This document shows, one piece after another, positions 50,901-64,000 of a stretch of DNA of 64,000 nucleotides. How positions within the stretch are numbered: the first letter of the stretch is position 1; each line of letters opens with the position of its first letter. The notes below the pieces were generated by a model. It was not told the origin of the DNA and made no database searches. It saw nothing but the letters and a program-made list of their open reading frames with translations. Source of the DNA: Phoronis australis (lineage: Eukaryota > Animalia > Phoronida); the NCBI GenBank assembly GCA_002633005.1, contig NMRA01000034.1, forward strand, positions 266,136-330,135, in the 5' to 3' direction. A program made the position numbers and the translations under genes.

Positions 50901-53900
50901 GTTTTGTCACCGGGTTGTTGACAACCGGTCGACCGATCCCTCAAATATGACCATTCGCACAGTACTGCTGGGAACGATCGAGACGCATGTTCATGTCAAA
51001 CGACAGATTTTTAACTGCCAAAAATCCAATATATTTTCGCGAATTCCAATTCATTTTGCCTCACTTGGTTAACTGGTGCCCATTTGACTCTCGCGCATTT
51101 GACTCTTGATTATATGCCAAGGTAGTGTTCTATAACTACCGTGCATTTGCAAAACATAAACAGCACTTATTTCTAACGTGCGTACGTTCGCGTACAGGAA
51201 CAATACGATAAACGCAGATTGACATATTTAAAAAATAACAGTCACTGACTTTGCACTACAGACATTTACCGTACAGGAGTTGGATTTGAAACAAAACAAC
51301 GACGGGCGTACGGATACAATGCGTCTGTATAAGTACACCGGCACACATCGCCCACTTACACACATAAAATGCCTACTGCTTAAAACCCAAGCACTAAAAT
51401 GTAAAACAATACCCACAATTCTTAATATAATTGCAGTACATACCCGTGCCATGTTTGTTTTTTCTGCAACGTACTGTGATTGAGTTATAAACCGGTTCGG
51501 AGAACTACCTCGACGTGAAGTAACTACTGCAGTGTTTATGCTGCACCTTTTGTACAGTAGATATAATGCGATCAGGGACGCGGTCTGAGCAATAGAAAAT
51601 TTCTGAATGACCTTTGTGGGCGTGTTTAAGTTACGGGAGACGAACATGAAATGCTCAGGAATATGACGTGAGTGTCCGGATCAATCTATCAATAGTAAAT
51701 TTATTCCTAGTTGACTGGCGTGTCTTAACAGCGGTCGACACTATACATATGCATATATTCTCAGTTATAGATTGAATTGTACACAGTAGAGAGACAGCCC
51801 TGAGCACTTAGCATAGATGGACGGGATACCAATATCTGATCACAAGAGTCATCCCAGTGTGTACAAGAGTGCATGATGTCGGCCGCTGGATGTCAACACG
51901 TGGGTGTGACACCGGAGGACCTTACACATCCGGGTAGCAAATTGACCTAGACTGGGTCCCGAATTTTCGGGCGTGCCCTTTCTATGCTGTATTGTTTCTG
52001 TCATGGATTCGATGACTGGCCGTACTTTCAATAACCAATATGGCTGAACTTGAAATGTCAATGAGAACATTCCATTTGTGACTGTATGGGACTTTGCCGA
52101 GTCCATCCCAGAGTGATCGATTTGCCTGTCACATATATATAGTCATGTAACAATATGATTGGCGGCATGTACTAATCATATATAGTTTTGTGGCACCTCT
52201 AATCTTTAAGCTTACTAAATTCGAGTATCTCTATCTTTTTCGTTTTCTGTCGGATCCTTTCCAGAAGGCATTTTTTGTGCTCACTGTGGCCTGAACAGTG
52301 TTTCGTATCACTTAATTTTGGCCTAGGACGGTAATGTTCATATTACTCCCAGATTTTGGCAGCTACCCGATTGGTAGCTCATGTTTTCATCACCATCAGT
52401 AGGCCTACTAGCTGTTACTGATTTCTGTTTGTCCCGCCGTCTTAAAATGTATTTTGTCTGTCATAGACCATTCAATGATCAGTGGTGAAGCCTCGAACGT
52501 TTGATCTAACTAAATTTTTGGGGTTCTTTTTCGGTTTCCGGCGGATCTTTACCAGAACAGTTTTGTGTCATGAGTCATTCAATGTTCAGCTGTGGCACTA
52601 TCACATTTTAAATGAGTTTTGGTCGGTATCTCACTCTGGTCTAGCTAGTCAACAAGTTTACAGTGGCATATTGTGGGTAGAATCGCTGTTTCCACTCCCT
52701 GTTGTTTAGCCCATAGTTACATGGTCGGCTCAGCACTCCGCGATGAAATAAGTCGCGGGCTATAGCTCCAGCCCGGGTCTATGGGACGCCGCCCATCGAG
52801 TTAAGCTACTGATCGGTTTCGCCGTTTAGCTGGCTAAAAATTAAAACCCGTTTACTTTACTTCCACTCAGTGGTAAAATCGGTCTCTTAACATTCCTTAC
52901 CGTCAGCAACAAGAGCATCAAAACCACTCAAACAACTCAAAATCAGGAGTGGGGCCAACTAAAACCCTAAAATTTAGGATTCGAATATAGGAGATTTGTG
53001 CGCATTGCCTGTTGACATACCAGCTGATTCCGATCGGCAATAATTCGCTTCAGTTAAGTATTCAACATTGACCAGCAAAACATGAGCGAAATGCAACTGC
53101 AAATTCAAATAATGTCGGTTAACTTTTTAGTCGTCAGTCCTACTAGGTTTCATGTATTTTCCCAATACAGTTTTTTCTTCGGGACTTTGTGCATACTTTC
53201 CGGACTTAAGCAACTTTTATTAGAATTTTGTCAGATCTCGCCTTCATACCTATGCTATGTTTGCTTATTTCAAAAGCAGTCGCGCTGTGTTGATGACAAA
53301 TAGTTCTCACAAGGTGGCAGGCCAGACATTCATATTTTTGTACTCCTTGCGGTATCCCCAGGTTTCCCGCTAACATTATATATAAACTGTGACATTCTGA
53401 CTTGTGATTTGTTTGATTTAACGAGTTACTGATTCATTAATTACCTATATCTAGTTGCATTTAATTTTGAAAAAATGCCATCTCGTACGCATAAAATATT
53501 TGACATTGGACAGAGATGAATCAATTTGACGAGTGTATTGGTCAATTTCTAGCATCGAGTTCAACTCTCACTAATGTTAAAAAGCCACTGATCTTGGGAA
53601 CGTCGAAAGAATGTTACGTTGTCTTATCATAGCAGATAGTTGCGAAACCGACCCTGAGCGGCCACTGAAATACCGAAGAAGAATCGTTTGCCTTAACGGA
53701 ATAAGTCCAATTCTTGATACCAAGAAGCGCGATATCAAGAATGTTGGTCGATCGGTTTTTATCTGATTTTCTGATAAAACACGAGTTTTTTACAAACTTA
53801 ACTTCTGCCGTGCCACCAAATTACCACAATTAGATGTTCGAAATGCTCGCGCAAAAAGCCTCCACCAGGTTCGTTTTTCCAATAAAATGTGTGACTGTCT

Positions 53901-54695
53901 TAATTTGTAGTGTAGTACGAAATGTTTTCAACCACAGTTTTCTGCTGACAGACCCATTTCTATACACCTAGTCACGTGAGAGATGGGAAGAACTTTTTCC
54001 GCAGAACGTATCTGATACGTCCAGCAGTATAGGCCTACATTTGGGCCGGGGAAACTTTGCATGGTTAAAGCTTAGAACTTTCGTAGGTTGCAAGAAATGG
54101 ACACCAAAACCGTAATTAAAGAGATTTTCAACAACAACCTCCTGTCTGTGGGGACATTCATTGACTCTCTTGGACCGTATTTTCGTCATGTACGTCCGGA
54201 AGTATAGGCCTATCTGAATTTGAATTTTGTTCCGGCTTAAACATGTGTACGCTCAGCGCTTGTCTGCAGAAAACTCCGGTAACTCTAACTGTAACTCATT
54301 TAAGAGTATGAATACTGTAACGTAAAGTATTATTGGCCTACAACTTTACGTACGTTACAGTATTCAAACCGGTTTGAGTGCCATTGATCCTGCTCACGGC
54401 AAATGAAACAGGGTCACGTGGCAATAAACATACAATGACCGCGTAATAGCTGTCAGTCGATCTCAAATTTATGACATAAATTGAACTTGCATTGATAATG
54501 AATGAGAGAAGATATCAAATGTACCATGCAATCAACGAGTTATTATAGACATTAAAATTTAATACACTTTTACCAGTAGTCTAGGTTTTTGTCGCCCAGT
54601 TATACAAAATTGCGTCCCTTGGCACGTCTTTCGCGACAGAACTTTCTCACTTCGGAGACAAGACGTAATGACAGTTTATCGTCACCAACGGCGCT

Positions 54696-57600
54696 AAAGA
54701 AATGTACTTATTCATGTGAATGAACAAAAACGCGACGAGACTGATAATTGAGCATTATGCTTTCCGTGAAATATTCAAAACGGTCTTTTGTGCTCTCAGC
54801 GAGTCACGGTCAAACCGGTCTAAAAATGGCAGAGCGATGTTTAATCGTGATTATTGATCCCAGGTCTGTTTAAATTAACTTCAATTTGTTGAATCTTTCG
54901 CAGCTCATTTGTCGAATTGTCATTATTCCGAAAGCGTCAGAGTAAAATATTCGTTGCCCGTCTCTAAAAGTCCCGTTCTAAAGCAATAAAAAGCTTGCCC
55001 ATCATTCGTTTACTACAGATAAATATTCGAATGAAATACATTTCAAAGCAGCAAAAACTAAATGGCTGGGCGCTCTTCTAAAAAAGATGAGGATTGCCAT
55101 TGACGCTCCGTCAGCTAGGGGGAAAGATCTTTCTAAAATCCCCAATGACGTCTGTTTCACGTTGAGACGTGAAATTGTGGGGAGGGGCGCACCGCCTCCC
55201 CACTAATGTGCTCTGTAATAAACATGACAATAAATAAATGAATAATTTATCTATCTGCCTATTTGCCCGTTTCATTGTCTATCTATTTCAATGAAGATAC
55301 AGCAATTAAGCCATAGGTAGTTCACTTGATACGTCATGGTGCTATAGTAAAATGTGATAGGTCACCTGATCATTGGTTCGAATACATTCTAGTGGAATAA
55401 GAAGTCGACGATGATACTAAAGTGTATCCGCGTATTTCAAGTGTCGGGCCATCTTGAACAAGAGCAACGCGGAGCGTTGAAATGCGCTCACGATTGCACC
55501 ACAAAAGGTGTGGTTCTAGGGGTGTTTACTTCTATCATAAAAATGGCCACTAGATGGCGCAAAATACGTTGACTCCCTCCAAAAACAGGAACATGCCATT
55601 ACTTTCTTTAATAGAAAGCTATTGACCAAATTTCGTAAAAATCTGTCAAAGAACTTCAGAGAAACAGAGGAAAACAGAAAAACTGAAATTGCCACTAGAG
55701 GGCATAGCTTGGTCGGATCCGTCTGAAAGTCATCGTCATCGTCCATCATTGTTAACTTCATATAAATACACTTGCTAAATTTCATAAAGATCCTGCAGTG
55801 GATTCAGGAGATACAGCGATGGGCGTAAAAAACACAAAGCCGCAACTAGGAGGCACCACAGTGGGCAAAGTCGTCCAAAAAATCATCGGCAACCGTCCTC
55901 TTCACATTAAAAACATGTAAGTCAATTTTCACAAACGACCTTAAAGTGGTTTGGCGGACGCCAAAAACAGACTAGAAAACAGTAAAAATGACCACTAGAT
56001 GGCGAAAATACGGCAAATCCATCCGAAAATAGGAACATGTCATTGTTTCTTTACTAGAAAGATACTGACCAAATTTCATAAAAAATCATCAAGGAACTTC
56101 AGAGAAACAGAGGAAAACGGGAAAAATGAAATTGCCACTAGCTGACAGAGCATTCGTCGGATCTATCTGAAAGTCGTCCTCGTCTGTTGTCAACTTCATA
56201 TAAATACACTTGCTAAATTAAATAAAGATCCTGCAGTGGGTTTAGGAGACAGAGCTATGGGCGCACAAAAAATAAAACTGCCACTAGGAAGCGCCATAGT
56301 AGTCAGTCGACGGAAAATCATCGTCAACTGTCCTTTCACACTAACAACGTATATGCCAATTTTCACAATCATCCTTCAGTAGAGTGGTTTGATTGATAGA
56401 GGGGCGGACGCCCAAAAAACAGACTCGAAATTAATAAAAATGGCCACTAGGTTACGCAAAATACCTCGAATCCATCCAAAAACAAGAGAATAGTGTCATC
56501 TCACATGCCCTATGTGCAAAATTTCATGAANAAAGAAATGGACTTATTCATGTGAATGAACAAAAACGCGACGAGACTGATAATTGAGCATTATGCTCTC
56601 GTAAAATATTCAAAACGGTCTTTTGTGCTCTCAGCGAGTCACGGTCAAACCGGTCTAAAATGAAAGAGCGATGTTTAATCCTGATTATTGATCCCAGGTC
56701 TGTTTAAATTAACTTCAATTTGTTGAATCTTTCGCAGCTCATTTGTCGAATTGTCATTATTCCGAAAGCGCCAGTATAAAATATCCGTTGCTCGTCTCTA
56801 AAAGTCCCGTTCTAAAGAAATAAAAAGCTTGTCCGACATTCGTTTACTACAGATAAATATTCGAATGAAATACATTTCAAAGCAGCAAAAAACTAAATGG
56901 CTGGGCGCTCTTCTAAAAAAGATGAAGACTGCCATTGACGCTCCGTCAGCTAGGGGGAACGATCTTTCTAAAATCCCCAATGACGTCTGTTTCGCGTTGA
57001 GACGTGAAGTTGTGGGGAGGGGCGCACCGCCTCCCCACTAAAGCGAGCAGAAAATATATGCTAACAACGATTTCCCTCGAAGGCACTAGACAAGCGGTTC
57101 CCGGTACGAGCACCAGATTGAGAAGAGTCGAGCCTACTCGTCACGGTAGTGTCCAATTCTTCCCATGGTGTCAGTCAAATTAAATGAACGAGTAGCTTGC
57201 TTACGAGATACTGTTTTCAAATGTACCGGATATATGTTAATAGGTTGTACGCGTGAGTAGTTTGCCGCGCCTACTCGACTTGCACTATGCACGATCTCCC
57301 AAAAGTATGCCTGCGAATTCCGCACTGGGTTTTTTGGCAAAGTGAATACCTCTGCGTGTTACTGTGCGCTCACCTAGCCATGCCCCCCCCGCGCCCCTCG
57401 TGGAGTTTTTAATTATTCTCGAATCAGTAGTGTTTCCATGTGTTTTGTAATTTTTAATGTGCTCTGTAATAAAAATGACAACAAATAATTTATCTATCTC
57501 CCTGTTTGCCCGTCTCATTGTCTATCTATTTCAATGAAGATACAGCAATTAAGCCATAGGTAGTTCACTTGATACGTCATCGTGCTATAGTAAAATGTGA

Positions 57601-58773
57601 TAGGTCACCTGATCATTGGTTCGAATACATTCTAGTGGAATAAGAAGTCGACGATGATACTAAAGTGTATCCGCGTATTTCAAGTGTCGGGCCATCTTGA
57701 ACAAGAGCAACGCGGAGCGTTGAAATGCGCTCACGATTGCACCACAAACGGAGTGGTTCTAGGGGTGTTTACTTCTATCATAAAAATGGCCACTAGATGG
57801 CGCAAAATACGTTGACTCCCTCCAAAAACAGGAACATGCCATTACTTTCCTTAATAATTTCGTAAAAATCTGTCAAGGAACTTCAGAGAAACAGAGGAAA
57901 ACAGAAAAAATGAAATTGCCACTAGAGGGCATAGCTTGATCGGATCCGTCTGAAAGTCATCGTCATCGTCCATCATTGTCAACTTCATATAAATACACTT
58001 GCTAAATTTCATAAAGATCCTGCAGTGGATTCAGGAGATACAGCGATGGGCGTAAAAAACACAAAGCCGCAACTAGGAGGCACCACAGTGGGCAAAGTCG
58101 TCCACAAAATCATCGACAACCGTCCTCTTTGTCACATTAAAAACATATAAGCCAATTTTCACAAACCACCTAAAAGTGGTTTGGCGGACGCCAAAAACAG
58201 ACTAGAAAACAGTAGTTAGAAAACAGTAAAAATGGCCACTAGATGGCGAAAATACGGCAAATCCATCCGAAAATGGGAACATGTCATCGTTTCTTTACTA
58301 GAAAGCTATTGACAAAATTTCATAAAAATCAATCAAGGAACTTCAGAGAAACAGAGGAAAACGGGAAAAAATGAAATTGCCACTAGCTGACAGAGCATTC
58401 GTCGGATCTATCTGAAAGTCGTCCTCGTCTGTTGTCAACTTCATATAAATACACTTGCTAAATTAAATAAAGATCCTGCAGTGAGTTTAGGAGACAGAGC
58501 TATGGGCGCAAAAAATAAAACTGCCACTAGGAAGCGCCATAGTAGTCAGTTGTCGGAAAATCATCGTCAACTGTCCTTTCACACTAACAACATATATCCC
58601 AATTTTCACAATCATCCTTCAGTAGAGTGGTTTGATTGATAGAGGGGCGGACGCCCAAAAAACAGACTCGAAATTAATAAAAATGGCCACTAGGTTACGC
58701 AAAATACCTCGAATCCATCCGAAAACAAGAGAATAGTGTCATCTCACATGCCCTATGTGCAAAATTTCATGAA
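54696..58773 (+). repeat. Near-identical tandem duplication (54696-56530 versus 56532-58773) joined at an N
   Basis: Both copies start AAAGAAATG.ACTTATTCATGTG and end GTGCAAAATTTCATGAA; copy 2 has 416 extra bp (57042-57457); single N at 56531. Confidence 0.92.
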
Positions 58774-59440
58774 AATCCCTTTGAAAAAACAGAGGTAAAC
58801 GTAAAAAAATAAAATTGCCAATAGAGGGCACACCGGTAGACCGATCCGTCCGAAAGCCGTCGTTGTCCGTTGTCAACTTCATATCAATACACCTGCTAAA
58901 TTTAATAAAGATCTTGCAGAGGGAGATACAGATGGGCGCAAAACTGTCATTAGGAGGCGCCACAGTAGTCGAAGTCGTCGGAAAATCATCGTCAGCCGTC
59001 CTCTTCATAGTGAGAACCTATATGCCAATTTTCACGATCATCCCGGCTTAGAGTGGTTTGGTTGATAGAGGGGAGGACGCCAAAAACAGACCCGAAAACA
59101 ATAAAAATGCCACTAGGTGGCGCAAAATAGTTCAAATTCATCTGAAAACGAGAGGTTAGCTTCATCTCACAGACATATGCCTGTATTCCAAATTTCGTAA
59201 GAAAATCCGTTGAGGATCCGGCTCCGAAGATAGAGGTAAGCGTAAAAAATAAATTTGCCACCGGTTGTCGGATTGGTCCGAAATTCGTCGTCATCCGTCG
59301 TCAGCTTCATAGTAACACATCTGCCAAGGAGATACAGCTGCGGACGCCCGGCGGACACCGGACGCCCGCGGACACCGGACGCCCAGACAGAGATGACAGG
59401 CGGCAATATGCACCCACATATAAAAATGAGGTCCGGCATC
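57700..59440. mobile_element. Helentron-associated (HINE / pearl-like) element with internal tandem core repeats
   Basis: Begins AACAAGAG plus hairpin CAACGC-GGA-GCGTTG, then ~11 diverged 130-165 bp units in a ~445-bp three-unit higher-order pattern, then a GGAC-type microsatellite (59340-59395) and a degenerate terminal hairpin. A truncated duplicate lies at 55457-56530. Confidence 0.65.
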
Positions 59441-62400
59441 TTGGAGCTACAAGCTGCATATCAACAGTGAGAGAAGCTTGTTAATCTTTTAGCCCGTGCC
59501 AGATCGATCATCCCGTCTAAAGCCACAATGTATGTGGAAACAGTCTTCTGACGGCGGGTTACCGCGGTGGTACGTAGCTGAAATGTCACCACATACCCAA
59601 TCACAACACTTCAACTAAGTAACATTGTGAACACCGCTAGATAACAAGTCTTTGGCTGAAGGAGCACGAGAACAATGGCAAAAGTCACCCCCTCCTAAAT
59701 CCACCGGCATTTGTTGGCTGCGTTTCCATTATGTTCAGTCATAGCTCATTGGTTCAGTCGACTTCATGCAACTAAGCGCTGACAAGGATTGAACGTATCA
59801 ACGTTTCCTATATGCTCACTGAGACGGCGTTTACCCGTTCAGCGACTTTACCAGAGGGTTGTGAGTGAGCGTGTGAGAACATCTAACTTCTTTGTCACGT
59901 TTACTGCCAAGCACAGTCTTTGGTTTTGTATGACAACAGGCAACCAGGCTTATTACAGATCACGTGTGAATTTCGGCGATTCAAAAACCAAACATGATCA
60001 CCATTTGACGAGGATTTCAGAAATGCAATATTGGTTTATGTTCAAATATGTCATAACTTGACTTTTATTTTTAACAGCACAGGCCCAGTCAGGCTATCTT
60101 ATGGGAGATCAGAGCAATTATCGATCAAAAGAGAACTGGCCCTCCAACCAACGGCTAGAATGGATTAAACCAGTCGTGTAAGATATTGGCTACAGGTGTC
60201 ATCTTCCCAACTTGAGCTATAGAATCGAACAACGGGAAAACGCCGTAATGAACTTCGTATTTCGTCCTTTTAGATCCTGTCAACAGGTGTGCGTTCTCCG
60301 ATTTGAACTGAGACGAAACTTTTTTACATTTTCAAAAAGTTCCCTGTCGACTCACATGAATCGAAATCGTATCCCTTCTCCGTCCACATGAATACTCTAA
60401 CAAAGCCATAAACACAGCGTTTCCTTAGAGTCTTTCACAGACAGGCAATCAAGGTGTATGTTTTCATCCACATGACCCCATATCATCCACACGAACACTA
60501 GAAGTGACGTCAGCGTTTTCGAAACTCAGTTATGTCTTGCAACTGAGTCCACTCAAGTACAGCGAAACCACCGTTTAAAAGAATATCCTAGAGAGCGAGT
60601 TCATTTGCCTGTTCAGTGTACAGGCACCGTACAGTGCATGTCTAGATGGGAGGAATGTCTTAAATTGCGCTTTCAAAGAAAAAGGCACAGTTGTGGAGAT
60701 GCGTGTCAGTATAGAACTTCGGCAGTGAACACCCAGGCAAAATAAGCAAACAAAACCCGACATTTTTCGCTAAGAGTGTTCATGATACAAGGACTCATCT
60801 TAATACAGCAGGCACCACTGGCATTACTGGGACGTAATAACATTGATGCAAATTGCAAAAACAATTATTTACGGAGATACTTTATTGATATAGTCGCGAA
60901 AATTCTTCATGTGAATATGTGCACAACAATGGCCACTCACACGAATAAGCATGTTTATTCTTTGATAATTACATTAACATTTGGGGTCATTTTGTACATC
61001 TGCAAATCAATGTAAGCAAACTTAAAAATTCTGCAAATGTGAAGCATGGTTTTATGTAGTGGTCGAGACAAGAAAGATACGCAATACCTAACGTAATACG
61101 CCAGAATGAAGCCGGAGTGAACCTCTGCATAAAGCTGGAAACGAAACTCAGATAGCACGGGGACAAGCGAACTCTTGTACACCGATAACAAGCCGGTACT
61201 GATAAAACAGTTATACAAATATCGGTTTAACCATTGGCTATAGTACATGGAGCGTCAACTCTATATATTCTCAATGGGCAAAATTTGTGATCGTACGCAC
61301 AAGCTTAGACTATATACTCCCAGGCACAAGAAGTCACTATTCACTAGCGGCCGGTGCCTGGTGTGAGTCACGGTCTTCTCACTAACCAGAAAGTGGCGCC
61401 ACTTCTGGTGAAACCCTACATACTTACGCAGCACTGGAACACTGCGGCTGCGTTTCATAGAACCAAGAAAGACGCGAAAACGCACCACCACGCCGGCTGA
61501 TAAGTCGCTTATGCAAAAATAACCTATTTTTTGCATTCCGATTTACAAATTGCCTATGAATACAACTCCACTTGGTTAGCGCAGGATATGTAAAAATTAG
61601 AACAACAATTTAGGACAACAAGTGCCAACGTACAGCTCAGGTAACATCCATAGAGTGAAGTGAGAGATACATGAACTTTTTTATTTGTGCGGCGATCGTC
61701 CGGTTTTTGATCTTATTGTGGCCAAAAACTGATTTAATAAATCAAAACTAATCCAGACAAACAATCACTATTCACATGTGACAAGCACAGCCAATAGTGC
61801 TGCTCCACGTCAAATTTAGCAGACGTAATCCAGTTATTTTTCCCCAAAAATTTAATTCGATAAAAGTTTGCATTCAGAAACGATTTGCCCTGCATTCTGA
61901 ATTCCAACGATTTTGCCTGGACTTTTACAGAGAAATTTTATACACGAGTTACCACGATTTATTTACTCAATTAAGAGTTACAGTATAGTGTCAGTGGGAA
62001 CAACAAAAATACGGGAATTGCGGCTGTCAACGAACCTTGGGGACACGACCGTTTGTGGAATTAATCCAGATAATTTTTTTCCTGAAATATTTCTGGGTTT
62101 TCAAATATAAGGAAAGCAGTTACTGTTAGACAATCTGTAAAAGTCCGTAATCCGTATGCAGTGCAATCCTTGGGAATCTTTGTTTCGTTTGTGTTTTAGA
62201 GTGATGCGATTTTTGTGTTTTTAATGGGGACAGGCATTACAAAATAATGGACTGACTGTAATTCACTGATAGCTTCACTGAGAGGATTCAACCCCACTAA
62301 CTCCATTTACTCCCATTTGAAGTTTGTGATTAAGTTTGACCTAATTAGCACAGCGTTGATCTTTGTACATTCACTGTTGAGCGGCAAGCACTTGTCACTT

Positions 62401-63394
62401 TGTGACCTACATATATGGAATTTATTCATAACATTCAGGTGTTTGACACTAATAAACTTATCATAAAAATAAATGTTATCATATTTTCTCATTTTCAGTC
62501 AGTTGAACTCGCAACCACGAAGTGCAATTACTCAGGATTTAAAGATGATTTCTATCAACATGATCACACGTCAATTTATGGCAAACAGTGCTCACTGCAG
62601 CCATATAAGAATAAAGCTTTACCAGAGACAAGAGTCACTGCATTTCAAACAATTCCTCATTCATGCTTCTTTCTCAGTGACCAAAAGAACAAGCAAAACT
62701 GGGTATCACTAAATTTATTTACTGCTCATCTGGTAATTTTCTTCACTGCAGTCGAGTAAAGTTTCAGCCGACAGCTATGAAACCCCCTGTGCCTAAGTCA
62801 TAGGCATGCAGTCTACAGTAATACATGTAGTCTTTTCTCCTCAAATTAATGAAAGCCCCTAAGAATACTTCAAAGCACGGTGATCAAGCCGATCCATTAA
62901 GCACCATAAAATTATACCCAGACATTCTGGGCAAAAGACACATACTTGCCTAGGGCTCTAGTTTATGCAAATTCCCTTTTAGTGGATACCAACAGCACTT
63001 CTGTGTGGTAGGATATTCAATGATTCGCATAAAAATGTCCAACATCTCGAAATGTCCACGAATGAAAGAAATTATGTTTTGTCCCCTTCAACTTAGCCCA
63101 CCTTGCACACTCAGAATTCGAAAATCAATGCTCTTGCGCTATCACAACACTAAAGAGTCCATTATTTTTGCCATTTGGCATGTACAGTAAGGTTTAATTC
63201 AGAAATCTGGACTTTCCCTCCGACTTCACTCTTGCTAAATAAAGATTTTGCTATGCAATTGTAAGCCCATCACACTTTAGCAATATTTAATACAAATTCT
63301 GTGTATAACCTCAGAGATGTTATACTTTACTGCACTTCATTAACCTGGTATTTCAGATTTTTCACAAAAACACAAAGCATAAAAGAAGACAGCA

Positions 63395-63676
63395 CTAAAC
63401 AATACGTGGCAGCTTTTTGCCCAAATTTTGACCCACAGTTGGTCCATATTCATCTGCATCATACTTGCTCACGCTCTCGTCTGTCATATCGAATGTCACC
63501 TTATTGAAACAAGAATCTGGCAGAGTGAATGTCGTCAGCACTTGTTCTTTGTCGAGACTTGTAAGTCGTTGTCTCCACTGCTCCAGGTTTTGAACACACA
63601 GGTCATTGTTTCCGGGAAAAACGCCATAGCTAAGTTGAGGCTTGAGAAACGATACACCGAAGAAGTGCATCGGTTT
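63395..63676 (-). CDS. NAD(P)H:quinone oxidoreductase (NQO1-like), last coding exon; rest of gene lies to the right of the window
   Basis: Strong acceptor ccttgtatttgcag, then KPMHFFGVSFLKPQLSYGV...QNLEQWRQRLTSLDKE...YGPTVGQNLGKKLP*. By eye this aligns with the vertebrate NQO1 C-terminus (LHFCGFQVLEPQLTY...LEGWKKRL...FGLSVGHHLGKSIP). Confidence 0.85.
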   Translation of the reverse strand, partial: KPMHFFGVSFLKPQLSYGVFPGNNDLCVQNLEQWRQRLTSLDKEQVLTTFTLPDSCFNKVTFDMTDESVSKYDADEYGPTVGQNLGKKLPRIV

Positions 63677-64000
63677 CTGCAAATACAAGGTAAACACAGT
63701 GGTCTTAAAATAAACCCCGAGGCACTGATCACAGAGGGCATAGTATCAAGAAGAAGGGTGCATAAAACCAACCAAAAGGAGGCTAAATGTATGCAAGTTA
63801 CAGCTGATACACACCAGTACAAAGTGGCAAAGATGCAGAAAATATCACCATGTAGTCTCACATCCAGTCTCTATTAGCATTAGTCTCGTAAACATATCTG
63901 ACACATGTGGAGAATTTTTTGCTTACACTGGTCACCACTCAAGAGTCCCTAAGCCCCAGACAACTTTTAGGTTCCCTATTCATCACGTTCTTTGTATTGA

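Noticed and set aside
46000-54600. Numerous 60-140 aa ORFs in the intergenic region
   Set aside because: No domain signatures or consistent splice chains; lengths are consistent with chance.
60060-60165. Possible tRNA-derived SINE on minus strand (similar hints near 37000 and 53340)
   Set aside because: Only an A-box-like word and an A-rich tail are visible; no clear B box or cloverleaf.
61261-61536. Possible minus-strand exon with GTAAGT donor near 61422-61427
   Set aside because: No recognisable protein similarity and no partner exons identified.

Overview
This is eukaryotic genomic DNA, AT-rich and intron/transposon-rich, most consistent with a bilaterian invertebrate. Most ORFs in the six-frame track are spurious. 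I could assemble three spliced minus-strand genes by hand with phase-consistent GT-AG introns. (1) An I-domain-less integrin alpha subunit (alpha4/alpha9-like), 15 coding exons from 33023 down to 344, continuing off the left edge. (2) A compact 131-aa four-EF-hand calmodulin-like protein (42993-39484). (3) The last coding exon of an NQO1-like quinone oxidoreductase (63676-63395). The rest is a transposon landscape. It includes a young, internally deleted Kolobok-type element (158-bp TIRs, TTAA TSD) with convergent THAP-transposase and P2X7-ballast-like (KolX) genes and ETS/CRE/E2F motifs in both TIRs. It also includes two more THAP remnants, a degenerate LINE with a nested LINE 3' end, two solo LTRs flanking integrin exon 1, several MITEs, and an inverted pair of Penelope-type hammerhead-like motifs. 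A Helentron/pearl-like element carries about 11 same-strand CTCF-like motifs at 130-165 bp spacing. A ~2 kb tandem duplication across an N at 56531 is probably an assembly artefact. I found no CRISPR array, rRNA or convincing tRNA. All family assignments come from motif recognition, not from database searches.
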